Below, in pieces: positions 30,472 to 40,089 of a DNA stretch of 55,841 bases. Below the pieces are notes generated by a model. That model saw only the letters and a list, made by a program, of their open reading frames with translations. It did no database searches and had not been told where the DNA came from. How positions within the stretch are numbered: position 1 is the stretch's first letter; every line of letters starts with the position of its first letter. The stretch lies in the IMG/VR virus record IMGVR_UViG_3300038460_000023, positions 1-55,841 of that record, one strand, 5' to 3'. A program made the translations under genes and the position numbers. This stretch comes from a virus. Lineage: Duplodnaviria; Caudoviricetes.

Positions 30472-30514
30472 CTATAAATAAAATAAACTAACTTTGTATA
30501 AATAAACAAAAGAG

Positions 30515-30841
30515 ATGGCAACATTAAATGTTATCACAAACAATACGGGCTATTTAACATTTGACCTTTACAATCAGGCAACAGGGGTTAAAATGTCAAC
30601 TTTAGATATTCCTAAAATAAATATTACGGCTATAATTACACATTACAATGCGTCATCTAATGAAGGAGTCGGCATGGTGGTTATAAATACGATTTCGCAG
30701 ATTGACCAATCAAATAAAAATAACTCCATCATAGAACTTGTCCCGGCAAGTTGGGCCTTATCTGCGACGCCAACCGTAGCGATAGCTGATGCTGCAACCT
30801 TACACACAACCTTACTTGGATATTGTACACCTAAATGGTAA
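30515..30841 (+). CDS. Hypothetical (possibly virion) protein
   Basis: Has its own TAACTTTG box at 30489-30496; T/A-rich beta-type composition. Confidence 0.6.
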   Translation: MATLNVITNNTGYLTFDLYNQATGVKMSTLDIPKINITAIITHYNASSNEGVGMVVINTISQIDQSNKNNSIIELVPASWALSATPTVAIADAATLHTTLLGYCTPKW

Positions 30842-30846
30842 ATATA

Positions 30847-31172
30847 TGAAGCATTCAAAATTTTTATTGTTAAACGTATGGGATTTCGTAAAAGCTGCGG
30901 TAATATCGGTCATTACATATGCGGCCGGGTTGCTCGAAGAAGCTTTAATGTCCCATAATTTTGACTACGTTTTTATTTTAAAAGGATGCGGGTTTGCGCT
31001 AGTGTCGTTTTTAGCCCATCAAGCTATTTTGAATAAAAATGGACATTATGGGCCAGATGTAAAAGAGCCGGAAAAACCGGAAGATCCAGAAAAATCAGAA
31101 AGTAACAATTTAAAAGTAGAAGATATGCCAGTTCAAGATCCTAATCCACCACAAGGCGGAGGTAAGCCATGA
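30847..31172 (+). CDS. Putative holin/membrane protein
   Basis: MKHSKFLLLNVWDFVKAAVIS..., two hydrophobic segments; likely ATG at 30847. Confidence 0.55.
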
Positions 31173-31543
31173 GAATTACCGATAAAATAATCGCAGAGGG
31201 AATAATTTACATTGTATTATTCTCAGTATACATGATATACTCAGACAGGACATTTATTTATAAAAATTTTTGGCGTTCGTATTATTATGTAATAATGTAC
31301 TCGCTTCCAATGGCAATGTTTGTCACACTACTTCCATTAACTTACAGTACATTAAGTTCGTTGCTAGTCTGGTCTATCATAATTTTCTTTGCAGAGATGG
31401 TTGTGTTCAATGTAGTGCTTATAAATGCCGAAACTACAGATTGGATTAAATATTGTACTTCTAAATTACAAGGTTACGTTTTTGCGGGATCAATTGCTTT
31501 TTTATTATTACTAAGCTTATTTATTGACTTTTATAAAAAGTAG
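31169..31543 (+). CDS. Membrane protein (about 4 TM segments)
   Basis: Four hydrophobic stretches. Confidence 0.6.
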   Translation: MRITDKIIAEGIIYIVLFSVYMIYSDRTFIYKNFWRSYYYVIMYSLPMAMFVTLLPLTYSTLSSLLVWSIIIFFAEMVVFNVVLINAETTDWIKYCTSKLQGYVFAGSIAFLLLLSLFIDFYKK

Positions 31544-31546
31544 CAT

Positions 31547-31912
31547 ATGGCAAGATCCTTTTGGCAAGGAATGATAACATGGTTTGCGGGATGCGCCGCT
31601 GGTTTTATTATCTGGTCTCTGGTATTCAAAATTGGATGGGAGAATAAAGAGCATATCTTGGTCCTAGGGTATGGAGCGATGGCTACGCTTGCAGGATTTT
31701 TGTGGAAATTTTCTATGCAGATAAAAAAGGCTGAGATCAAGGATATTCACGATAGAATTGACAAGAAGGCCGATGTTACAGAGCTTACGATATTGCATGT
31801 AAAATTAGATGCAGTTATAGACAGCCAGGAGGAGACGCATACTTTAATGCAAAATGTATATGATCATTTGTTAAATTCAAATCCAAACTCAATCATAATT
31901 AAAAGAAAATGA
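31547..31912 (+). CDS. Membrane protein with coiled C-terminus (holin-like)
   Basis: Two TM segments followed by a coiled coil. Confidence 0.55.
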   Translation: MARSFWQGMITWFAGCAAGFIIWSLVFKIGWENKEHILVLGYGAMATLAGFLWKFSMQIKKAEIKDIHDRIDKKADVTELTILHVKLDAVIDSQEETHTLMQNVYDHLLNSNPNSIIIKRK

Positions 31913-32610
31913 AGATTTCAAAGTACAGCATTATTGCGATAGTAATAATTGGAGTTGTATTATATATAATAATTCACTTGCTTATAAGTAGCAATAATAA
32001 GCTTAGTGAAATTAACAATATGTACAAAGTTTCCCAAGACAGCATGATTACATACCGAAATTCATTCGGCCAGCAAGTTTCAAAATCCGAAGTACTCCAA
32101 ACGACAAATCAAAAATACTTTCTTCAGTTAAAAACAAACGACAGTCTTATTCTACAGCTTCAAAATATTATAAAGTCCGAAAGTAAAAAAAGACGGGACG
32201 TTGAAGTCGCCATTGTTTTTAAGGACAAAACTATATCGAAGCTTAAGGATTCACTGGATAACCTTATCGTAGGCGGCACGGTAGAACACAAAGGGGATAG
32301 TACTTTCGTATACCCCATATACCAGAAGATAATTTCCGATAAATGGAGGTATGAAAGCATAAAACTTGGTAAAAACATGTTTGAAGATTCACTTTCAATA
32401 TTCAATGAATATAACATTGTTGTAGGATCAGAGCCAGATGGATGGTTCAAAAAGAAGCCGTACGCTTTAATTACGAATATGAATCCAAGTAGCGAGACTA
32501 CAGCTATGAAAGTTTACCAGAAAAAGCCGGTTGCTAATAAAACACTTTGGACAACTTTGAAAGCCGGGATAATTGGAATTGCGCTTGGGATATTGATTGT
32601 TAAATTATAA
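31909..32610 (+). CDS. Membrane-anchored coiled-coil protein, spanin-like
   Basis: N-terminal TM, coiled coil and C-terminal hydrophobic tail; last + strand gene of the late block. Confidence 0.5.
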   Translation: MKISKYSIIAIVIIGVVLYIIIHLLISSNNKLSEINNMYKVSQDSMITYRNSFGQQVSKSEVLQTTNQKYFLQLKTNDSLILQLQNIIKSESKKRRDVEVAIVFKDKTISKLKDSLDNLIVGGTVEHKGDSTFVYPIYQKIISDKWRYESIKLGKNMFEDSLSIFNEYNIVVGSEPDGWFKKKPYALITNMNPSSETTAMKVYQKKPVANKTLWTTLKAGIIGIALGILIVKL

Positions 32611-32823
32611 TGATTTAAATATAAATTTATATCCTCTACTTCTTGCATACATGCAATTTGTGTCAAAAGCAACATATATTACAGATAGTCTTGTAAAGTC
32701 ATGTTTAGGCAAAAATATAGTATAATCAGGTCCTTTAAATCCATTATAAATTAATTCTACTGCTCTATTTTGATAAATTTCGGTAATCCTCTTCATAAAT
32801 TCAGTTTCCGTTTCCATTGTCAT
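32605..32823 (-). CDS. Hypothetical protein
   Basis: Short ORF at the end of the - strand block. Confidence 0.45.
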   Translation of the reverse strand: MTMETETEFMKRITEIYQNRAVELIYNGFKGPDYTIFLPKHDFTRLSVIYVAFDTNCMYARSRGYKFIFKSL

Positions 32824-32863
32824 AATAATTGCTTAAGATGTTTATGTACTTTTTAATTAAAAA

Positions 32864-33202
32864 TCAGCAATAGTACGGTATTTTTATCCATTGCCTTTTT
32901 ACATTCGCATATATAAATCCTTCGTACGAATCTCCTTCCATACCAACGCTCCATTGGTCGACATGAATATTTTTAAAAATACCATAGTTTTCACTTTGTT
33001 TATCTCCCATTGGGCTGTTGACTAGTTCTATTTTTCCATTAATTCTGCAAAAATCTAACAAATCTATAAAATCCTTCTCCGCTTTTTCCCCGAATGATTT
33101 AATTAAGTTATTATTGTGGTTATATATATCTTTCTCGTATACGGCTAGATCGTCATAAACTTTTCTAATTATTTCGTCCATTTTTTCGGTTTCTATTGTC
33201 AT
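32864..33202 (-). CDS. Hypothetical protein
   Basis: ATGA-type overlap with the upstream gene. Confidence 0.65.
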   Translation of the reverse strand: MTIETEKMDEIIRKVYDDLAVYEKDIYNHNNNLIKSFGEKAEKDFIDLLDFCRINGKIELVNSPMGDKQSENYGIFKNIHVDQWSVGMEGDSYEGFIYANVKRQWIKIPYYC

Positions 33203-33651
33203 AATAACTGTTTAAGATGTTCATGATACTTTTTAAGTAAATACTCTTTTTTCTGATAAAACAAATCCCAATCAACAATATATTTAGAATTGTCATTGAA
33301 TTTTATACGTTGATCGGAAGACCCCTGATCAAGCAGTCGATGTTCATTAAATGGTTCTACGATCATTATATTCTCTTCTTCCAATCGGAATAAAGGGAAA
33401 TTTTTCTTGTCGAGTATATGAGCAAACATCCAATGGAAATATTCAGTTCCTTCGTACCTTTGAAGTGGTACGCCGCTAAGTTCTGACCTGTGTGGTCTAC
33501 TATTCCATATACTCCTAAATAAATCAGCCTCGCCAGTCTTTTTAGGCAATTTATCTGATGTGTTTTTAACCCTCTTTTTTTTGTAGTGATAGATGCAGAA
33601 TCCTTTGCTAAAAACAGGGCGATTACAGTCTAGGTAAATGCAAATTTTCAT
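33199..33651 (-). CDS. HNH-like nuclease with N-terminal Cys/His finger
   Basis: C....C.......GFC..H motif; FAHIL.K..FP.FRL..ENI......H motif. Confidence 0.55.
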   Translation of the reverse strand: MKICIYLDCNRPVFSKGFCIYHYKKKRVKNTSDKLPKKTGEADLFRSIWNSRPHRSELSGVPLQRYEGTEYFHWMFAHILDKKNFPLFRLEEENIMIVEPFNEHRLLDQGSSDQRIKFNDNSKYIVDWDLFYQKKEYLLKKYHEHLKQLL

Positions 33652-33717
33652 ATATTGTATTTTATAACAAAAAACATCTATATAGTAATTATAATTACTA
33701 TATAGATGTTTTGATAA

Positions 33718-33963
33718 TTAATAGCCGCAGCCGTCGCCGTCGCCGTCGCCGTAGCCGTAGCCGTAGCCGTAGCCGTTGCCGTCGCCGTCGCCGTAGCCGT
33801 AGCCGTAGCTGTAGCCGTTGCCGTAGCCGTAGCCGTTGCCGTCGCCGTAGCCGTAGCCGTCGCCGTAGCCGTCGCCGTCGCCGTCGCCGTAGCCGTCGCC
33901 GTAGCCGTAGCCGTATGAGTTATTCGAATCTTCGAAATTATTTGCAATTCTTACAGAGTCCAT
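33718..33963 (-). CDS. Gly-Tyr/Asp/Asn repeat peptide
   Basis: MDSVRIANNFEDSNNS(YG/DG/NG)n; its start overlaps the upstream stop. Confidence 0.65.
   Translation of the reverse strand: MDSVRIANNFEDSNNSYGYGYGDGYGDGDGDGYGDGYGYGDGNGYGYGNGYSYGYGYGDGDGNGYGYGYGYGDGDGDGCGY
33723..33915. repeat. Hexanucleotide microsatellite-like tract (GCCGTA/GCCGTC/GCCGTT)
   Basis: About 32 GCCGTN units encoding the Gly-X repeat. Confidence 0.9.
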
Positions 33964-34286
33964 TTTTCTTTATTTACGGTCAAGGTGTGTACAACTGTTA
34001 GCCAATCAAACTCAACTACGCCATCGCATTTATCTAGTTTGGTGCTTGATGTAGGTCCATGAACTAACTCCGGAAGACCTTTAGTTGTCCCCCACGATCT
34101 AATATTGTACGCATTATGTAATTTACAATCGTTTCCATTGCGCTCAAAACGCCCTATGTATATCCAACCTCTTTGAAGAACGACTATTTTAATATCGCCT
34201 TCAAACTGTTTAGTTTGAGAAATAGAATCCGCTCTTACGTATTTTACTCCATTAATTTCAATCTCGTTAATTGTTTGCTTCTCCAT
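33951..34286 (-). CDS. Conserved phage protein (Sm-like/DUF6948-like) preceding the Gly-rich peptide
   Basis: IVVLQRGWIYIG and IRSWGTTKGLPEL..GP motifs. Confidence 0.65.
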   Translation of the reverse strand: MEKQTINEIEINGVKYVRADSISQTKQFEGDIKIVVLQRGWIYIGRFERNGNDCKLHNAYNIRSWGTTKGLPELVHGPTSSTKLDKCDGVVEFDWLTVVHTLTVNKEKWTL

Positions 34287-34322
34287 TTTTTCAGTTTTAA
34301 AATTTATAATTATGCATGAAAA

Positions 34323-34739
34323 TTACCATCTTCGTCCAAGAAGTTTATTTGTAAACTTATTATTCGGAATATCCAAATAAGGAATTACCCAATTAACGGT
34401 AACCTGCTTTGGATTATCTTTTTGCCAAAATTCTAATCTAAAATAATCATAGTTTGGACTCACTCCAACAACCTTTGCAAATTTGTAATGGTCATAAACT
34501 ATTGTTGTAATTATTCCACAATATTTTGGCAATTTAATAGTTCCATCGTTGACATCAACCAAAGCACTACCGTTAATATCGGTATTCTCAAGAGTGTCGT
34601 TTCCTACAATTTCATTTATTTCAATATCTGTTAATTCTGTATGTTTTTCACATACCCCAACTTCGTACAATTTTGTCTTGCGGGTTTCGCAAGCCTTATC
34701 GAGACAATAGACACATAGTTCCGTAGTAATTGATTCCAT
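34323..34739 (-). CDS. Hypothetical protein with N-terminal CxxC...CxxH
   Basis: Likely ATG at 34739, downstream of a TACCTTTG box (34755-34762, - strand). Confidence 0.55.
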   Translation of the reverse strand: MESITTELCVYCLDKACETRKTKLYEVGVCEKHTELTDIEINEIVGNDTLENTDINGSALVDVNDGTIKLPKYCGIITTIVYDHYKFAKVVGVSPNYDYFRLEFWQKDNPKQVTVNWVIPYLDIPNNKFTNKLLGRRW

Positions 34740-34811
34740 TCTTATTTGTTTTAACAAAGGTAGACATTACGAAAGATGATGGCTAATTATTTTGCATGTT
34801 ATAAAACATGT

Positions 34812-36095
34812 TTAGAAAATAAGACCTATTTTACTCGATTTGTCTAGTTCTTCCTGGACCTTATCTAAGATACCACAATTCAGTACTAGTCCATAAGCCT
34901 TTATTTGTTCGGCATATTTCCTGATCTTTTTATAGCATTCTTCGAATGAATCTCCGGTCGCTACGACATCTATCGCTTCGGTTGACTGTGTAGTCTGAGG
35001 AATTAGGTAGTAGGTTCCTTTTGACTTCATTCCAAAGCGAAGTTTTACATTTTCTCTTATTTCTTCTGGGAAGTATATGGGGAGAAAATTTTCTCGGAGA
35101 AAATCGGAGTTTCCTATAAGTAAAACTCCGTACTCGTGAGAATATTTTGGTTGAATCATTATCCCCTCTGCGCCGAACCAAATAACTTCAGCTATATTTA
35201 TCATCATATTCAATACTAATGCCATAGGAGGGGCAGGAGTTCTGCATGTAAAATCTATTACATACGGTACTTTCTTACGATCAACCCTAATTTCATTTGA
35301 AAAAAAATTTCTGTATTGTTTTTCTTTAAAGTACCATACAAGGTTATCAGTGCATAACTTTATTGATTTTGGCAATTTATCATATTCAAATATCTTTCCG
35401 GCGTAACACTGATCTTTTAATTCTATTCCAGATAATACTTTTTCAGGTATTTGTCCATCTATTATGTAAGTATCTATCCCTGTCTCAACAATGCAGTCTA
35501 CCGGTTGTTCTAAAATGAAATCGGTAGATTCTTTTATAGCTCCAAGCTCGTTCTCAAGGTTGGTTAATAATGGTTCGGTTAGTTTATACGTATCGTGCTT
35601 GAAACTCTCAACCAGTCCTCTCCAATGAGATATTTTTACATATAAATCGTCGTGGTCCTTAAGATAGTCCTTGAGTTTCGTGATACCTTTTACTTTTATG
35701 GTTTTATTAACCGGCATTCCGCTCTTAGTCATAATTTTTTTAGAATCATACCTATCAAGCTCTAGCCATTGTCCATCAGCAGAACCCCAAACTCTTTTTC
35801 CTAAAGATCGAAGATGGATTTCAATATCCGAAAAGTAAAGTTCTGGGAAAATGAAGATGTCAACTTTGTCAAAGTTATAATCTGTATTCCTATCGTTTGT
35901 AGTAAACAGGTAGTCGATAGATGTTATCTCCGAGAATCCAACTCCGGATAGCTCTGGAAACCTATCTGGGAAGCCACCATAGTTCCAAGGGGTGAAGTAG
36001 TATACTTTTTTAAACGACTTAGCAAGTGTGAGGGCTAGTTCTACAAACAAACCACAATCAGCAACAACAGCTATTTTATCTTTTAAATTTTCCAT
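34812..36095 (-). CDS. ATP-grasp ligase, PurD (GARS)-like
   Basis: WLELDR..SK, YVKIS, FILEQ, NEIRV and IDFTCR motifs. Confidence 0.7.
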   Translation of the reverse strand: MENLKDKIAVVADCGLFVELALTLAKSFKKVYYFTPWNYGGFPDRFPELSGVGFSEITSIDYLFTTNDRNTDYNFDKVDIFIFPELYFSDIEIHLRSLGKRVWGSADGQWLELDRYDSKKIMTKSGMPVNKTIKVKGITKLKDYLKDHDDLYVKISHWRGLVESFKHDTYKLTEPLLTNLENELGAIKESTDFILEQPVDCIVETGIDTYIIDGQIPEKVLSGIELKDQCYAGKIFEYDKLPKSIKLCTDNLVWYFKEKQYRNFFSNEIRVDRKKVPYVIDFTCRTPAPPMALVLNMMINIAEVIWFGAEGIMIQPKYSHEYGVLLIGNSDFLRENFLPIYFPEEIRENVKLRFGMKSKGTYYLIPQTTQSTEAIDVVATGDSFEECYKKIRKYAEQIKAYGLVLNCGILDKVQEELDKSSKIGLIF

Positions 36096-36484
36096 TATAC
36101 TTGGTAATTATTGTAATATTCTTGCCAGTTTATACCCATTTCATGAGCAACAAGTCTTTCTATATTTTCAGCAAATCTGTGTTCTCGGATATATGGACTG
36201 TCGGGTTCGTTGCCAGCTTCGTCGGCAAATCCGCCTTGATCGTCTATTTTTTTATCGAAAGCGTCGATATCCTCTTCTTTTATGCCTCTTATTTCAGTTA
36301 ATCTTTGCTCGACAAGTTCGTGTATGCTGATAAGAAATGCTTCGTTGTACGAGTTTTCGTCCTTCATATATGCCTTAACGATTTTATTTCCATTGGGAAG
36401 AGTTTTGTAAGTTCCTAGTCCGTGATTGTCGATCATATTTGGATCATCCGTAAATTCTATAATAATCGTATGTAATGTTGACAT
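36095..36484 (-). CDS. Conserved phage protein with HELVE / EH metal-binding-like motifs
   Basis: ISIHELVE...EAGNEPDSPYIREHRFAENIER; coupled to the ATP-grasp gene; TAACTTTG box at 36498-36505 (-). Confidence 0.65.
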   Translation of the reverse strand: MSTLHTIIIEFTDDPNMIDNHGLGTYKTLPNGNKIVKAYMKDENSYNEAFLISIHELVEQRLTEIRGIKEEDIDAFDKKIDDQGGFADEAGNEPDSPYIREHRFAENIERLVAHEMGINWQEYYNNYQV

Positions 36485-36506
36485 ATGTTTGTTTTTACAA
36501 AGTTAA

Positions 36507-37148
36507 TCAATAAGATTTATGGAAATTACGTATTTTGCCCTCACTCCACCTATTGTTAGACCATTCTATATTATCTATATATTCATTACCATATGGATCT
36601 TTCTTTATAGCAAATCCAAGGTTATTAGGATTTGGAATCCAAGTAGTGGCTATAAGTCTCAAGAAACCTCTTCTTATCCTTTTGCCTTTAAACGTTAGGG
36701 CTATTTCCTCTTTATAGGAAATCAACTTTTCCGGAGATTTATATTTAATTCCATTTTTAAGACTTATTACTCTTGGCAATGCTCTTATACGTCCGAATGT
36801 CGAAGCTTCGTAATAATTTTCAAGTCCCGGAATCGTCTTCCATATTTCTATACCTCCTTTTTCTTTTAATATATACTCTATTTTATTGAATTCGCATGCA
36901 TATGATGGATTAGTATCGTAATCTCTTTTAACTATCTTAAGTGCATGTATAACTGTAGTCCTGTCTCTTCCAAAGCTCTTACCTATAACTTCGTCGGATC
37001 CGGTTTTAAATTCATGAGATAATGACATTGCTATTTGTCTTGGTTTTACAATATTTCTTTTTCGTGTATCTTCAGAAAGTTTTTCGACTGGTATATTGAA
37101 AAAACCAGCAACTTCTTTTTGTATTTGTTCAATTGTTAATACGACCAT
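36507..37148 (-). CDS. DnaA C-terminal HTH domain fused to a NUMOD4 domain
   Basis: PRQIAM.L......IG..FGRDRTTVIHA motif, then EIWKTIPGLENYYEASTFGRIR. Confidence 0.8.
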   Translation of the reverse strand: MVVLTIEQIQKEVAGFFNIPVEKLSEDTRKRNIVKPRQIAMSLSHEFKTGSDEVIGKSFGRDRTTVIHALKIVKRDYDTNPSYACEFNKIEYILKEKGGIEIWKTIPGLENYYEASTFGRIRALPRVISLKNGIKYKSPEKLISYKEEIALTFKGKRIRRGFLRLIATTWIPNPNNLGFAIKKDPYGNEYIDNIEWSNNRWSEGKIRNFHKSY

Positions 37149-37150
37149 AA

Positions 37151-39718
37151 TTAAAAATCTTCGTTTGATTCTAAATCCCTGTTTGATTCTATTGAATATC
37201 CCGGAGCGGTGTTTGTGTCCGGATGAGCCTTTTCTTTACTTATGATGGGAAGGGAATCGTCGTCAACATCGAATATTCGAGTCAATGATTTATTGTGACC
37301 AAAATCTATGTCACCGGTGTCGCCCTCTTTGTTTTTAGCCAAGATTAAAATTCCTCTACCTACAGTACTATTTCCGTTTTCATCTTCTAATATCCCATAC
37401 TGAGCCGGCCTGTATGTAAGTATCACTAAATCAGCATCTTGTTCGATTGAATTATGAGTTATAATGCCATTAGCTACGAAGTTATGCAACTTAGGAACTT
37501 CTATATCATAAACTTTGTGAACGCCAATTGACTCTATGCTTTTTATTGGCATAAAGCACAATGTCCTGTTTTTATTATATTCATACTTATTCCATCCGGC
37601 TAAGTTGTCTTTTGATTTATTCCATCCATTTATCATTACGTCATTTTTTCTTTTATTTATAAATCCTATATTATTTACAAATAATTCAATATTTAATTTA
37701 CCTGCGATATATAGATTTTTCCAACTTTGTCCTTTTTTATTAGAGCTACCTGTCACAAATGAGACTATACCTACATGTAATAATAACCCTTGGAGCCCAT
37801 TTATCAACTCATCACTTGCGGACGAATAAGATATTTTAAGAGATCTTCTCCCTTCTTTTTCTTGATAGTACACCGTACCATCGCCGCTAAACAATGCTTT
37901 TATGAAAAGGCATATTTGTCTTTTAGGCAAAAAGAATAATTCATCCGGAATAAATTTCTCCTTAGTTCTCTTATTAAACAAGCCGTATTTTTTCATTATA
38001 TCTCCAATCGGATTTGTTTTACCGGGAGCTAAATGTATAGTTGGCCTGAAGAACACAGTTGAAAATTTAGATTTCGCCGTATTGGTCACTACGACCCTTG
38101 GTTCTACTTTATTGTCAGTACAGTCTTTTGCGTCCGACATTATCTTGTCTGCTAAATCAGAGTCCTCTTGATTTATAGTGACTGTTATAGCATGACTCTT
38201 AAGGCAGCATCCATTTGAAATAAAATGTCCAAGAATACTTACTTCAGAATCTTTTATGTCACACATTTTTGTTTCTATGCCTAATGGAATAGCAATGCTC
38301 TCGTTATTTAAGCTATCAACCTCTTTCCAGCCGTTAGGAGTGAGGAATTTATGATTAGAAGTAGCAGATATGCTTTGCCCATTTATAAGTGTTATTTTAA
38401 AAACCTCCTTCTCTCCAGTTGAGAAGCATTTTTTAGCTTTTATTTCATTGTTTATGGTACTGTCTGTGGCTACAATTGTGAACGATTCGCAATTGTCCAG
38501 ATCTTTGATGAGAATGTTTTTCTTAAGACTTGGGCTGTATATTTTTGTGTCGCCATGAAGGCACCCAGATTCTCTAAGATCACTCATTTGTGGCCTTTTA
38601 CTTTGTCTATCTTCTACTTTTCTACTTAATTGGGATAATGCAAATACAGGCACATCTAACTCTTTAGCCATTTGTTTGCACTTCCTACTAATTATAGCAA
38701 TCTCTTGTTCCCTATTCCCGCCCTTTAGCGTTTCTTTAACTAGCTGTAGGTAGTCTATTATTATCATTGTACACTTTCCTTGTTTCTTAAGCCTTCTGGA
38801 TCTGCTTTTTATTATATCTATTGAAGCTACAAACCCGTCATCAATAATAATATCCATTTTAGATAAACTGTATTCAGCATTAGAAAGCTGTATCCATTCT
38901 GCCGGAGTTAAAAGCCCCATAGTGTAATTGTCGTAACTCACATCAGCTTCTCCGGCAAGTATTCTGTCCGCTATTTTTACGCTTACTGTTTCTAAGGAGT
39001 AGAAATTTGGATGTCCGCCACGCCTCGCATCTTCCTTTGCGATGGCTACTGCTAATGCGGTTTTACCGGTAGAGGGCCTGGCTCCAATAATTATAAGATC
39101 TCCGCCTCTCCATCCACCAGTAAATTTGTCTAATTTTTTGATAGGTGTTTTTATTCCAAGCACTTCGCCTTTCTTTTGCAATACCTCTCTTTGCTGAGCT
39201 TGATCAGATGCCTTCTTAAGTAATTTTGGAAAAGATAAGTCCTTATCCGATTCGGCAGATACAATGTTTGAAGCAGCATCAACCATATTTACCGAATCAC
39301 TCATCAAGTCCTCAACACCAACTAAATCATCATATGCCTTATTAACAATTTCCATCCCAACCCTTATCATCTCTCTTTTAAAAGCTTTTTCCTTAATAAG
39401 GGCAACGAAAAAAGGAATATTGTGATATACCGCTCCAACACTCATTAGCTGAGTTAAAAAGTATCTTCCACCAACTTCCTCCAATGTGTTTGTTTTACCC
39501 ATTTGATCGCAAACCGTCAGAAGATCGATTGGTAGGTTCTTAGAATTAAGTTCTAGGATAGCGGAGAATATTTTCTGGTGCGCATCTTTATAGAAGTATT
39601 CTACCTTTAGGTCTACAGCCTCGTCTAATAGGTCTGAGAACGCAATAATGTCAGCGAGTAAAGATTCTTCTATTTCGATGCACTGAGGAGGTATTTTGCC
39701 TAAATCGAATCCTATCAT
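37151..39718 (-). CDS. dnaB: Replicative DNA helicase with intein
   Basis: GARPSTGKT Walker A, IIDYLQL, LSQLSR, SDLRESG|intein|SIEQDAD. Confidence 0.95.
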   Translation of the reverse strand: MIGFDLGKIPPQCIEIEESLLADIIAFSDLLDEAVDLKVEYFYKDAHQKIFSAILELNSKNLPIDLLTVCDQMGKTNTLEEVGGRYFLTQLMSVGAVYHNIPFFVALIKEKAFKREMIRVGMEIVNKAYDDLVGVEDLMSDSVNMVDAASNIVSAESDKDLSFPKLLKKASDQAQQREVLQKKGEVLGIKTPIKKLDKFTGGWRGGDLIIIGARPSTGKTALAVAIAKEDARRGGHPNFYSLETVSVKIADRILAGEADVSYDNYTMGLLTPAEWIQLSNAEYSLSKMDIIIDDGFVASIDIIKSRSRRLKKQGKCTMIIIDYLQLVKETLKGGNREQEIAIISRKCKQMAKELDVPVFALSQLSRKVEDRQSKRPQMSDLRESGCLHGDTKIYSPSLKKNILIKDLDNCESFTIVATDSTINNEIKAKKCFSTGEKEVFKITLINGQSISATSNHKFLTPNGWKEVDSLNNESIAIPLGIETKMCDIKDSEVSILGHFISNGCCLKSHAITVTINQEDSDLADKIMSDAKDCTDNKVEPRVVVTNTAKSKFSTVFFRPTIHLAPGKTNPIGDIMKKYGLFNKRTKEKFIPDELFFLPKRQICLFIKALFSGDGTVYYQEKEGRRSLKISYSSASDELINGLQGLLLHVGIVSFVTGSSNKKGQSWKNLYIAGKLNIELFVNNIGFINKRKNDVMINGWNKSKDNLAGWNKYEYNKNRTLCFMPIKSIESIGVHKVYDIEVPKLHNFVANGIITHNSIEQDADLVILTYRPAQYGILEDENGNSTVGRGILILAKNKEGDTGDIDFGHNKSLTRIFDVDDDSLPIISKEKAHPDTNTAPGYSIESNRDLESNEDF
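37451..38563 (-). mobile_element. Intein (371 aa) with LAGLIDADG homing endonuclease
   Basis: Starts CLHGDT and ends HNFVANGIITHN, followed by Ser; internal ILGHFISNG and FIKALFSGDG motifs. Confidence 0.92.
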
Positions 39719-40089
39719 AATTTTTTGAATTGAGGTAATCTTATACTTATCTTAGTATTTATAGGTTCTTGCTCTTTCTTACTTCTCTCCCAAGTCCGAA
39801 CCGCCGCCTTCCAATCTTTCATCTTATTTTTGCCGATCATCCAGTTCTTAGCTGTATAAAAATTAAACCACTTATCCGGATCTACATCGTTTTTTCTTTC
39901 TTGGCAATATGATTGAACATCTTCGATAGGAGGAGGAGTAAAAGCTTCCCTAACCTTTTTGGTTGTTATACCAGGGCTAATACCCTGGCATGAACATTGA
40001 GTTACGAAAGGCGAATGAACCGTGAAGCATACTGGACATTGCCAGCCTTGAGCTATTTTTGCCATATTATTTCCTTTCTCTTCTCTCAA
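39715..40089 (-). CDS. Zn-ribbon plus replication-initiator C-terminal-like domain
   Basis: GWQCPVC...CSC followed by FTPP.IEDV..YC.ER...F.FY....W..GKNKMKDWKAAVRTWE; directly upstream of dnaB. Confidence 0.65.
   Translation of the reverse strand: MREEKGNNMAKIAQGWQCPVCFTVHSPFVTQCSCQGISPGITTKKVREAFTPPPIEDVQSYCQERKNDVDPDKWFNFYTAKNWMIGKNKMKDWKAAVRTWERSKKEQEPINTKISIRLPQFKKL

Noticed and set aside
33678-34001. Poly-(TA) and poly-(RS) ORFs
   Set aside because: Alternative frames of the GCCGTN tract; the Gly-rich frame is the one coupled to the upstream gene.
34812-36095. Assigning the gene symbol purD
   Set aside because: Only the general ATP-grasp fold is recognisable; the PurD N-terminal GxGGRE motif and pathway context are absent.
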